A stretch of 32,000 nucleotides of DNA from Candidatus Nanobsidianus stetteri (lineage in GTDB: Archaea; Nanobdellota; Nanobdellia; Nanobdellales; Nanobdellaceae). The stretch covers positions 1 to 32,000 of the forward strand of contig APJZ01000003.1 of assembly GCA_000387965.1 (NCBI GenBank), read 5' to 3'. A program made the translations under genes and the position numbers. Every line of letters begins with the position of its first letter. The first letter of the stretch is position 1. Below, in pieces: positions 7,920-16,361 of this stretch. The notes below the pieces were generated by a model. It did no database searches. It was not told the origin of the DNA and saw only the letters and a program-made list of their open reading frames with translations.

Positions 7920-9692
7920 CTAAAGTAAATAATATCTTAATTTCATATCAAGTGATTTCAATAATTTTTCATCATCTACAAAAACTATTGATAATCCCTT
8001 TGATATTCCGCCAGAATATAATCTAGAAGTTCTTCCAGAAGCCTGTAAATATGTTTTAAGATCTACAATATTTAGATATATATTTTTATTTTCATCTACT
8101 TCTATAGAAACGTCCGGATTTTCCTTTAATTTATCCAATATTTCTGTATTATCAATGTAAATTTTCAAAATATTATATAATGTTAATATATCATTAGCAA
8201 AGAATTTTAAATATCCAACCAGTTCTACCTTATTTCCATTTAAAAAATCAGAGATTAATTTTAAATCTCCAGAAGACAATTTTTTCATATTTTTTCTTAA
8301 TCTTGTAAGAATTTTTGTTATTCTATCTTTCTCTATCTCAGGTATATATGGTAAAATTAAATTAGATAAAATTATTATATTCATTATATTTTTCTCAAGA
8401 TTTCTAATATTTATTTTTATCTTTGGTATACCTAAAAATATCGCATATTTTATTCTTTCTGGCATATTAACTCCTCTAGTTAATATTCCATATGGATCTG
8501 TAATACTAATTAAGAAATTTATTTTTCCTTCATAAAAATCATTTAATATACTTTCGATTTCTTTTGTTTTTGTTTTTGAATATATTAAACCAACTTTTAT
8601 ATTATTTGATACTAAATAATTATAAATTTCCTTCATATATTCTATTCCTCTCTCTTTTGGAACAAATATTAATCCTCCATCTTCCAACTCTTTTAATAGA
8701 TTTAATAATTCTTCCTTTATATCTTTCTTAGGAACATAATATACATCTATAACATTTCTAATCTTTGAACTTCCAGTTCCAATAGTAAAATTAGCCAATT
8801 CTTTATATAATCTAACTCTTTTTCCTCTTAAACTACCAGTAGCTGAAGATAGAACAATTAATCCATGGTTTTTATTTTTAATTTCTAAAAATCTTTTATA
8901 TAAATCACTATTAAAATCCAATTTACCATTTAATTTTAGATCTATTACTTTTTTAGCAATATTTATGTCATCTTCACTATAACCAATTAAAATAAACAGT
9001 TTCTCAATATTTTTTGATCCTTTAAAAAAAGAATCTACATCATCTACAAAAGCAATATCAAATTTTTTACCTTTTAATATATCAAAATTTTTAGTTAAAA
9101 ATTGGTTTGAAATAATTAATATATTAAAATCTTCATTCTTTATTTTTTCTTTAATTTCTTTTTTATTACTACCATAATATGCTATAAACTTTATATTTAG
9201 ATTTAAACTACTTATAAATTTATCAAATAAATCATTAAATTGTTTTACAAGTAATCTTGTAGGTAATATTATTAATATCTTTTTATTATATTTACTAGAA
9301 AAATAAATAGATGAAACTATAATAAATGTTGATTTTCCAACACCTGTTGGTGCTATCATAGAAAAACTATTATTTTTATATAATCTAATAAACCACATTA
9401 TTTGTACTTTCCATGGATTAGAATTTAATACCTTTTTAAAAAATTCAGAAAATTTATTAACTTCTTTATATAAATTGTAAATATTTGAATAATCTTTTAA
9501 TTTTCCTTTTTCAGATAATTTTTTATATAAAAGCTCTCTAAAAGTATTTTCATCCTTTATATTTAATAATTCTACTATTTCATTATCATCTAAATCATTT
9601 TCACAGGGAAGACCTTGTGAGAGTCTATAAGAAGAAATTGTGTTATTACAATTAAAACATAAATTTTTTATATATAAAGGAATGTAATCCAT
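7920..9692 (-). CDS. rgy: reverse gyrase, N-terminal helicase-like subunit (split gene, no topoisomerase domain)
   Basis: 590 aa. It has an N-terminal Zn-finger (CFNCNN...C) and FFKKVLNSNPWKVQIMWFIRLYKNNSFSMIAPTGVGKSTF...ILPTRLLVKQ. It also has FVDDVDSFFKGSKNIEKL and the motif VI-like QASGRTSRLYSGGISKGLSIVFVDD. The ORF stops right after the helicase module. Confidence 0.85.
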   Translation of the reverse strand: MDYIPLYIKNLCFNCNNTISSYRLSQGLPCENDLDDNEIVELLNIKDENTFRELLYKKLSEKGKLKDYSNIYNLYKEVNKFSEFFKKVLNSNPWKVQIMWFIRLYKNNSFSMIAPTGVGKSTFIIVSSIYFSSKYNKKILIILPTRLLVKQFNDLFDKFISSLNLNIKFIAYYGSNKKEIKEKIKNEDFNILIISNQFLTKNFDILKGKKFDIAFVDDVDSFFKGSKNIEKLFILIGYSEDDINIAKKVIDLKLNGKLDFNSDLYKRFLEIKNKNHGLIVLSSATGSLRGKRVRLYKELANFTIGTGSSKIRNVIDVYYVPKKDIKEELLNLLKELEDGGLIFVPKERGIEYMKEIYNYLVSNNIKVGLIYSKTKTKEIESILNDFYEGKINFLISITDPYGILTRGVNMPERIKYAIFLGIPKIKINIRNLEKNIMNIIILSNLILPYIPEIEKDRITKILTRLRKNMKKLSSGDLKLISDFLNGNKVELVGYLKFFANDILTLYNILKIYIDNTEILDKLKENPDVSIEVDENKNIYLNIVDLKTYLQASGRTSRLYSGGISKGLSIVFVDDEKLLKSLDMKLRYYLL

Positions 9693-9733
9693 ATTTTCTT
9701 TTATTTTAAAAATTAATTTAAAAATATTCTATT

Positions 9734-10333
9734 ATGGATATATCGGACATAATTACTTACTTACAAAAAGAAAAAGAGAGAAAAACATTACAAAATTTAC
9801 AAAAGGATTTTTATGTTAAAGTATCGGAATTATTAAAAAAATATAAAAAACAATTAGAAGCATACAAATCTGATAGTAAAGAATATAGAGAAGTTATTGC
9901 AACAATAGATAGATTAAAAGAATCATTATCAGAATTAATTAATATAAGGATTAGCAAAATAATAAATAATACGGTCTTAGAAGTTAAAGAAGATTTAAAT
10001 ATAATATCAGAAGATTTTTTAGAGGAGGAAGAAAAGTTACTATATACCCTTATAAAGAAGATATTAAAATCATATAAAGAAAATATACAAAACAAGATTA
10101 TTAATGGGGAGGAAATTGATATTAACAAATTCTTTTCAGATATAAATATGAATATTTCATTATACCAAAATAAAATAGATAAAAAGATTGTTATTATTAA
10201 AAATCAACTACCAAAGATTGTTGGTCCAAATGGGAAAATATATGGACCCTTTAAGGTTGGAGATATAATAATATTAAATAATAACTTTGCTGAAAAATTA
10301 GAAAATACTGGAATAGGAAAAATAGTTAATTAA
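9734..10333 (+). CDS. GINS subunit (Gins51/Gins15-like)
   Basis: 199 aa. The N-terminal helical domain has L..EKERKTLQNLQKDFYVKV...INIRISKI. The C-terminal B-domain-like IVGPNGKIYGPFKVGDIIILNNNFAEKLENTGIGKIV follows the archaeal Gins51 pattern. Confidence 0.65.
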   Translation: MDISDIITYLQKEKERKTLQNLQKDFYVKVSELLKKYKKQLEAYKSDSKEYREVIATIDRLKESLSELINIRISKIINNTVLEVKEDLNIISEDFLEEEEKLLYTLIKKILKSYKENIQNKIINGEEIDINKFFSDINMNISLYQNKIDKKIVIIKNQLPKIVGPNGKIYGPFKVGDIIILNNNFAEKLENTGIGKIVN

Positions 10334-10365
10334 ACTTATAAAATTATTTAATATAATTATCTTTA

Positions 10366-10680
10366 ATGAAATTGCCAAAGACTGTTAACAAATATTGTCC
10401 ATATTGTAGAAAAGTTACTGAACATAAAGTATTCATTATAAAAAGTGTAAAAGCTAGGACTGGTTTGGTTTGGGGCTCTAGAAGAGCTAGAGAAGGAAAA
10501 AAGGGTAGGGGAAATAAAGGAAAATATAGTAAGAGACCTCTATCACAAAGAAAAAGAGGTAATATAAAATCATCTAAAGGAGTTGATATAAGATTGGAAT
10601 GCAATATATGTAAAAAACAAACCATATGGAAAATAGAAGGTAGATACAAGAAAGTAGAATTATCAACTGCTATAAAATGA
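10366..10680 (+). CDS. rpl44e: 50S ribosomal protein L44e (eL42)
   Basis: 104 aa. MKLPKTVNKYCPYCRKVTEHKV...LECNICKK is a C4 zinc ribbon with a basic core typical of L44e. Confidence 0.9.
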   Translation: MKLPKTVNKYCPYCRKVTEHKVFIIKSVKARTGLVWGSRRAREGKKGRGNKGKYSKRPLSQRKRGNIKSSKGVDIRLECNICKKQTIWKIEGRYKKVELSTAIK

Positions 10681-11147
10681 AGTCAAAACTATATTTTGAG
10701 GCATTTTCTAATGATAAAGATAAATTAATAGAAATTTTAAATAAAACATTTGAAGAAGTATCGAAATTCAAGAATTTTCAAATAATAGATAAAAAAATTG
10801 CGGATCCCATAACAAGAGATATAAAAACCCCTGATGGAAAAACTATAAATGTATGGTCTTCTTATTTAGAAATATATGCAGATTTTAAAGACTTTGATTC
10901 ATTGATAGATTTTGTACTATTTTATACTCCATCGAGAATTGATATAGAAGATATAAAAGAAATGAAAATTATAACAAAAGATAAAGAAATAAAATATAAC
11001 AAAGAACAAATTAATTTATTATTAAATCGAATACCTCAAGCTATAAATACGAAAATATCTGCATTATTGAGTATATATCTTGCTCAAATTAAAAAGAATT
11101 CTAAAGGACCAGATAATCAGTCATTAACAAATTTAAAAATAAAATGA
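10677..11147 (+). CDS. hypothetical protein, translationally coupled to L44e
   Basis: 156 aa. Its ATG overlaps the L44e TGA (ATGA at 10677-10680). Composition is typical of cytosolic proteins here. No confident family assignment (see finding). Confidence 0.6.
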   Translation: MKSKLYFEAFSNDKDKLIEILNKTFEEVSKFKNFQIIDKKIADPITRDIKTPDGKTINVWSSYLEIYADFKDFDSLIDFVLFYTPSRIDIEDIKEMKIITKDKEIKYNKEQINLLLNRIPQAINTKISALLSIYLAQIKKNSKGPDNQSLTNLKIK

Positions 11148-11151
11148 AATT

Positions 11152-11949
11152 TTATCCATAATAATATCCAGAACTTTTTTCCCTCTTCTTATTTTCTTCT
11201 TCTAATTTCTTAATCATATTCAAATCTTTTTCTATTCTCTCTTTTAATTTCTTGCCCTTTTCTTTTAAATCATTTGTATCAACTTGGAAATCATATAACT
11301 TTCCTAAAATTTCTAATGCCTTTGAAGCACCAAAATATCCATTAATTTGATTTGATAAATATGTTTCGACTAACAATAAATAAGCTGGTTTTTTGAATAG
11401 TTGAGAATAATATAAAAATAACCCACTCATTCCAATAACATTATTTGATTTATATAAGTTTAGCTCTCCCAATTTTTCTTTTATCTTATTTATATCATAA
11501 TATTTATTTAATGCAAATAGATAGTTTGGATTTTCAGGTTCCAATTGATGTGAACCTATCCCACCAATTATACTTATTTCTAATAAATTAAATTTACTTA
11601 TTATTCTAAATAGTCTATTCATGAATTTATATCTAAAGTATAAAGACAATCCTGGATCTTCTAGAATCATTATCTGGAAATCTCCATATAATACTAGAAA
11701 ATTATAATTACCAATTGGAACAGAATATAATTTATAACTTATATTATCAGATATATATCCATCTTTATTTATTTTAACTACATCAGGAAAGAAATCTGTA
11801 ATTATTCTTCCAACAACTTTTCCTTTATAAGTTTCTATTAACTTTTTTCCAACTATTTTTGACAAATTTCCATATCCTCCGCCTATTGAATAAAGAAAAA
11901 CTATGTTATTCATATTTTTTATTTTTTCTTTATCAATTATGAATTCCAT
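11152..11949 (-). CDS. PAC2-family proteasome assembly chaperone/activator (PbaA/PbaB-like)
   Basis: 265 aa. The N-terminal NIVFLYSIGGGYGNLSKIVGKKLIE...GRIITDFFPDVVKINKDGYIS fits the PAC2/COG1938 pattern. It has a charged coiled C-terminal tail ending ...GYYYG, an HbYX-like motif. It sits in the conserved aIF2alpha-Nop10-PAC2 gene order. Confidence 0.65.
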   Translation of the reverse strand: MEFIIDKEKIKNMNNIVFLYSIGGGYGNLSKIVGKKLIETYKGKVVGRIITDFFPDVVKINKDGYISDNISYKLYSVPIGNYNFLVLYGDFQIMILEDPGLSLYFRYKFMNRLFRIISKFNLLEISIIGGIGSHQLEPENPNYLFALNKYYDINKIKEKLGELNLYKSNNVIGMSGLFLYYSQLFKKPAYLLLVETYLSNQINGYFGASKALEILGKLYDFQVDTNDLKEKGKKLKERIEKDLNMIKKLEEENKKREKSSGYYYG

Positions 11950-11955
11950 AATATA

Positions 11956-12132
11956 TTATAATATATTATTTTTATATAAGGTTTCTTTTTTCATCTTTCT
12001 TCTATAATCACCCCACTTATCATCTGGAGAAAATTTAGGAGGTATTATTCTAGATGTTTTATTACCACAAATTGGACATATTTCTTTAAATGTATATATT
12101 TTACAATTTTTACATTTTCTAATCTCTTTCAT
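11956..12132 (-). CDS. nop10: H/ACA RNP protein Nop10 (58 aa, not in the ORF track)
   Basis: My own translation: MKEIRKCKNCKIYTFKEICPICGNKTSRIIPPKFSPDDKWGDYRRKMKKETLYKNNIL*. It has a CxxC...CxxC zinc ribbon plus the PPKFSPDD....YRR Nop10 signature. It overlaps the aIF2-alpha 3' end by 14 nt and ends 6 nt before the next gene's start. Confidence 0.85.
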   Translation of the reverse strand: MKEIRKCKNCKIYTFKEICPICGNKTSRIIPPKFSPDDKWGDYRRKMKKETLYKNNIL

Positions 12133-12895
12133 ATTTATTTATTTCATAAACTATATTATAATTTTTAGCTTCTTTATCTATTAATTCTAACATTTCTTTT
12201 TCCTTTTTTTGTAAATCAGATGGACTTGTAGTAACATATTTTAACATATATGTAGGTGATCCCAAATATTTAATCATTATATTTAGATCCTTTATTTTTT
12301 TAAGAAATTCCTTTATTTTATATATTCCATCTCCATCTAAACAATATGCTTGCATTATATATGTAAATTCATATTTTGGTGGGTTTAAATAATCAATTAT
12401 ATATTTATATAGTAACTCAGAATATTTTTTACTTATTTTATATTTATCTAGAACACTTTTTCCATTTATATAAGTTTCTAAAAATACATTATAAAGTTTA
12501 TTTTCTGGAACAATTTTAAATATTATATCTTTTTCCAATTTATTCATATCTATATTTTCCTTCTCACTCATTATTTTCAATATATTATAAGCAACCATCT
12601 CCCTTTTATATTCAAAAATCTTTGCTTTTTGTTTATTTTTATCAACTCTCTTTAAAGATAAAGTAACCAATCTATTTTGCTCATCCACATCAAGTACCAA
12701 ACATACGATCTTTTTACCTTCTCTAACTAGAATTCTCGGATTTGTAATTCTTTTATTTGATAATTCATCTATTGGAATTATTCCATTAAAATTTTCATAT
12801 TCATCTAAGCTAACTTTTACATCTACATCTGATATATTTTTTACAGTACATATGACATAATCATTCACCTTTGGAGAATCTTTTCTCTTATACAT
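12119..12895 (-). CDS. eif2a: translation initiation factor aIF2 alpha subunit
   Basis: 258 aa. The N-terminal S1 domain is PKVNDYVICTVKNISDVDVKVSLDEYENFNGIIPIDELS...GKKIVCLVLDVDEQNRLVTLSLKRV, followed by the helical and alpha-beta domains. Confidence 0.9.
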   Translation of the reverse strand: MYKRKDSPKVNDYVICTVKNISDVDVKVSLDEYENFNGIIPIDELSNKRITNPRILVREGKKIVCLVLDVDEQNRLVTLSLKRVDKNKQKAKIFEYKREMVAYNILKIMSEKENIDMNKLEKDIIFKIVPENKLYNVFLETYINGKSVLDKYKISKKYSELLYKYIIDYLNPPKYEFTYIMQAYCLDGDGIYKIKEFLKKIKDLNIMIKYLGSPTYMLKYVTTSPSDLQKKEKEMLELIDKEAKNYNIVYEINKYERD

Positions 12896-12939
12896 TTTTT
12901 AAAATATATTAAAAATACTTATTAAATTTATATAATGCT

Positions 12940-13914
12940 CTAGGTTTGTGTTACTGGAATATTATATATATCTTCTTCATAACAATTGTACGAAAGATTC
13001 ATTAAAACATATGCTTGTAATACTAAATTTGAATTTAATAGATTTTTAATTTCTGGATTATTTTGTGCTAATTGTTGCATATTTATACTACAAGATATTG
13101 TAGATGAATTTATTGGAACATTTTGTGTTGGTGTACATGAGAAACCTTCCTCTCCATTTGGTATATCTATTTGATTTGCTGCAATAATATCTAATTCGGC
13201 ATTTAGATTAAAAGTGGCCTGATTACTGGAATATACATTATTAAAGCATCCAACAGAATCCTGGAAAGCTATTGAAAAATATACATTTCCATTAGTTTCA
13301 TTCACATTAATACTAGAATATTCTGGTGTTATTGGAGATGATGAATAATATACGGGTTCACTTAATGTTATCTGACTATTAGAATAATTTAATTGTAATG
13401 GAATTAATATATTGGTAATAACATTCGATATATTATATTCTACAACTATTGGTATTTGAGTAGGTACTGCTTGAAGACCTGGACCCAGAGAAACTTCTAT
13501 ATTTCCAATTGTAGAATTCGAAGGAACAAGTTGGTTAGAAGATGAATTATAAACTGCCGGTTCTGCATTAAAGTTACCAGAGTAAGGAGAAGATAAAGCA
13601 TAACTATAAATATAATAAGAAACTTCCAGTTGAGAATTTGACATTGTATAAATATTGTTAACATAAATAACAGGTAAATTATAATTTAAACCATTTGATT
13701 CACTATAATTTAATGATGAGGGGGCTTGAATATATAAATATATATTTCCAGGTTGATTTAATGCCCATGAGGGTTGATATAAATTGGAATTTCCACTATT
13801 AAAGAATCCAGAATTTCCAGATCCAATATTACCAATTGGACATGTAGAAAAATAAAATAGAGTGGTACCTGCAAATAATATTGGTAACATATATATAAAT
13901 TTACCAGACCTCAT
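12940..13914 (-). CDS. secreted / surface protein, N/S/Y-rich, unknown function
   Basis: 324 aa. It has a hydrophobic N-terminal signal (MRSGKFIYMLPILFAGTTLFYFSTC). I count only 2 Lys and 1 Arg in the whole protein, with many N-x-S/T sequons and paired cysteines. Confidence 0.7.
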   Translation of the reverse strand: MRSGKFIYMLPILFAGTTLFYFSTCPIGNIGSGNSGFFNSGNSNLYQPSWALNQPGNIYLYIQAPSSLNYSESNGLNYNLPVIYVNNIYTMSNSQLEVSYYIYSYALSSPYSGNFNAEPAVYNSSSNQLVPSNSTIGNIEVSLGPGLQAVPTQIPIVVEYNISNVITNILIPLQLNYSNSQITLSEPVYYSSSPITPEYSSINVNETNGNVYFSIAFQDSVGCFNNVYSSNQATFNLNAELDIIAANQIDIPNGEEGFSCTPTQNVPINSSTISCSINMQQLAQNNPEIKNLLNSNLVLQAYVLMNLSYNCYEEDIYNIPVTQT

Positions 13915-13957
13915 TAAATATATAATTATTTTATTAATTAAAAATTTTATTATAATA

Positions 13958-14233
13958 TTAACTTGAAGTATTTGTATTATTTTGATTATTGGATGTATAT
14001 GTACTAGTTAAGTTATTAATATTTCCATTTAATGCATTTTGAACAGTATTATAAGCTTGCTGACTTTCGTTAATAAATTGCATTGTACTATTTTTTATAT
14101 TCTGGAAAATTGTATTATTTCCCAAATATCCAAGGATTTGATTGTGATATAAATAAACTGCTATTACTAAAATTATTAGAATTAGTAAAAAGATTAATCC
14201 ACTACTGGATCTTTTGGCTCTTCCCCTCTTCAT
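13958..14233 (-). CDS. small pilin-like membrane/secreted protein
   Basis: 91 aa. It has a basic N-terminus and a hydrophobic helix (MKRGRAKRSSSG|LIFLLILIILVIAVYLY), resembling a class III signal peptide. The tail is rich in N/Q/T/S. Confidence 0.55.
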   Translation of the reverse strand: MKRGRAKRSSSGLIFLLILIILVIAVYLYHNQILGYLGNNTIFQNIKNSTMQFINESQQAYNTVQNALNGNINNLTSTYTSNNQNNTNTSS

Positions 14234-14266
14234 ACAGTAACTTATAACTTTCTTTGTTTATAAATT

Positions 14267-15319
14267 TTAAGATATCTGTAAATAATCTATCTTAAGATAA
14301 TTATTTGTCTTTATTTCTAATAAATTTTCTGGTAATAGACAATTATATATATTTATTGCATAAGCTCCAACAGATGAACTTATATTATATATGCAATTAT
14401 TATTTAGTATAACTTCTCCAGATCCTTGACCAACTATAATATCTAATATATAATTTGTTAAATTATCTGGAAATGCTATATAAAATATGTTACTCTCTGA
14501 TTCTATATATAAATTATTTATATTAACTGGATATGATGATATTAAACTAATACTATTTTCTCCAACATTTAAATATGGAGTTAAGTAAAATAAATTAGAA
14601 CAAGAAGATAAAGGAATTGATAATCCATTTACAATTAATTCTACATTCTGAGGAGAATATGGACAAAAATCATAAAACATATATACATCTCCAGATATAT
14701 AATAATAATTAAAATTTAATGATGAAAACTTTAGATAATTTATATTTATATTATTCAATACACCATTCCCATTAAATATTATACTAGATGGTGAAAATTC
14801 TATTTTTAACTCATTATCTCCATTATATAGATAATTTGGAGGGACAAAGATACTTATATCACCATTTTGACATCCGGAATATAATTCATAATTATTTACA
14901 TATATATTAAAGTTTCCATTATTACATGTAGAATAAGCAGTAATATTTATTCCATTATAATTATTGGAATAATAAAAATATAGACTCTTACTAACTGTTC
15001 CATAAAATATGTTTGTTTCAAAATTTAAAGTTCCTAAATTAATATAATATACTGGTGTATAGCTCCCTATTGTATAATTACTTGCTATGTAATAATAATT
15101 TTGACTTTTTGATAATTGTATATTTTGAAAAACATATTGATTACTTATATTTGTATATGATGAATTTGAAGAAGAATATAATGTTATATTAGTTCCATTA
15201 ATTAATTGTTGCAATAGATATTGTTTATATTGATATGGAAGAATTGCCCAGTATACAAAAATTACTATACCCAATAATATGAAGAATATACCTAAACCTG
15301 TTGTTTGCAATTTTTTCAT
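14267..15319 (-). CDS. surface protein with pilin-like N-terminal anchor, N/Y/S-rich
   Basis: 350 aa. MKKLQTTG|LGIFFILLGIVIFVYWAIL is followed by a low-charge, sequon-dense domain (NGT, NIT, NSS, NIS, NYT...) with several Cys. Confidence 0.7.
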   Translation of the reverse strand: MKKLQTTGLGIFFILLGIVIFVYWAILPYQYKQYLLQQLINGTNITLYSSSNSSYTNISNQYVFQNIQLSKSQNYYYIASNYTIGSYTPVYYINLGTLNFETNIFYGTVSKSLYFYYSNNYNGINITAYSTCNNGNFNIYVNNYELYSGCQNGDISIFVPPNYLYNGDNELKIEFSPSSIIFNGNGVLNNININYLKFSSLNFNYYYISGDVYMFYDFCPYSPQNVELIVNGLSIPLSSCSNLFYLTPYLNVGENSISLISSYPVNINNLYIESESNIFYIAFPDNLTNYILDIIVGQGSGEVILNNNCIYNISSSVGAYAINIYNCLLPENLLEIKTNNYLKIDYLQIS

Positions 15320-15344
15320 ATTTTAATAAAATATTCCTTAATAT

Positions 15345-16361
15345 TTATATTTTATACCTTAATTTTCCGACAATACAAAATCTATCAATTAATTCAAAAT
15401 TATTGACATTATTATTTACAAAATATATTTCTGCATCTATTTTATCAAGAATATTAAATAAATTTATAATTTTATCAATATTATTTTCTTCTTTCATTTT
15501 TTTAAAACATTCTTCAGAAATTAAAACATATTCTATATTATTATACATCGCATTATTATATACTTCATCATATCCAAATGCTACCATGTTTTTTTGCATT
15601 AAATATAATATTTCTTCAATTAATTTATTTATTTCCAAAATTTCTAAACTTTTTAACGTTTCATAATATTCAGTTCTCCTAACAAATTCATATATACCAT
15701 TTATACCCCCGTTAGACACTTTATATATTTTTATATTTTTTATATTTAATTTATTCTTTACATAATCATAAAATTCTTCAGGATAAAATAATGGGCCAAT
15801 TATGCATAAAAATTTAATATTATAATCTTTTAATGCATTTAAAAATTCTGAAAATATTTTATGTAATTTTGCTTTTTCCTCCGGATCCCCTTTATTTATC
15901 TTGTAATATTCTTCCTTTATAATTTTTATCCCACTATTTATTATACCCAAAGCTATTTCATTACCATCTATAGATATTACAAAAATTTCTTCCTTTTTTC
16001 TAGAAGATTTTTCCAATATTTTTTCTTCATATTTCTTTATTTCTTCCTTTTTATATAATGTGAATTCTGTAGATATTCTTACATCAAATGTGTGATAATG
16101 CCCAATAGAATCTTTATCATTTGAATCAATTATTTTTCCAGAAATCCTTAGTGAATCTTTATATTCGGAAAATTTAATATTTTCAACTTCTATTTTTATC
16201 TTTATTTTTTTCTTTTCTTTCTCATTCTCAAATTTTAATGTTCTATAATCATATCCTTCTACTATATCCCCAACATTAACTATTTTATATAAATATAATA
16301 AATCTACCTCATCTTCTACCCTAATTTTTATTGTTTTCTTATCTATTATTTCATATTTCAT
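15345..16361 (-). CDS. pelA: Pelota (Dom34-type mRNA surveillance / ribosome rescue factor)
   Basis: 338 aa. The N-terminus IKIRVEDEVDLLYLYKIVNVGDIVEGYDYRTLKF...LRISGKII matches the Pelota N-domain. The central and C-terminal domains are eRF1-like. Confidence 0.85.
   Translation of the reverse strand: MKYEIIDKKTIKIRVEDEVDLLYLYKIVNVGDIVEGYDYRTLKFENEKEKKKIKIKIEVENIKFSEYKDSLRISGKIIDSNDKDSIGHYHTFDVRISTEFTLYKKEEIKKYEEKILEKSSRKKEEIFVISIDGNEIALGIINSGIKIIKEEYYKINKGDPEEKAKLHKIFSEFLNALKDYNIKFLCIIGPLFYPEEFYDYVKNKLNIKNIKIYKVSNGGINGIYEFVRRTEYYETLKSLEILEINKLIEEILYLMQKNMVAFGYDEVYNNAMYNNIEYVLISEECFKKMKEENNIDKIINLFNILDKIDAEIYFVNNNVNNFELIDRFCIVGKLRYKI

Noticed and set aside
7920-9692. Reading the 590-aa protein as a generic SF2/DEAD-box or Hel308-type helicase.
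   Set aside because: The N-terminal zinc finger is reverse-gyrase-specific, as are the PW..Q..W motif upstream of Walker A, FVDDVD..(L/F)K.SKNI and GG(I/L)SKGLS after motif VI. None of these is a generic SF2 feature.
10344-10649. 101-aa minus-strand ORF overlapping L44e.
   Set aside because: It is antisense to a confidently identified ribosomal protein gene. Its F/L/P-rich sequence is low-complexity and typical of the shadow frame of a Lys/Gly/Arg-rich gene.
13334-13375. ATGATGA ... CTGA pair that looked like C and D boxes.
   Set aside because: It lies inside the 12940-13914 coding region. It has no D'/C' pair and the spacing is non-canonical (about 27 nt). GTGATGA at about 25716 with CTGA at about 25756, and CTGAT-ATGATGA at 17279-17291, were rejected for the same reasons.
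15301-15666. 121-aa plus-strand ORF overlapping the Pelota 3' region.
   Set aside because: It is antisense to Pelota with a low-complexity I/L/F/S/N translation. The same reasoning applies to the other antisense track ORFs: 1525-1767, 3403-3588, 9811-10128, 12986-13174, 18420-18692, 20276-20587, 21357-21743, 22314-22505, 24544-24744, 25757-26212, 26703-26909, 29360-29557, 29948-30274 and 30665-31009.
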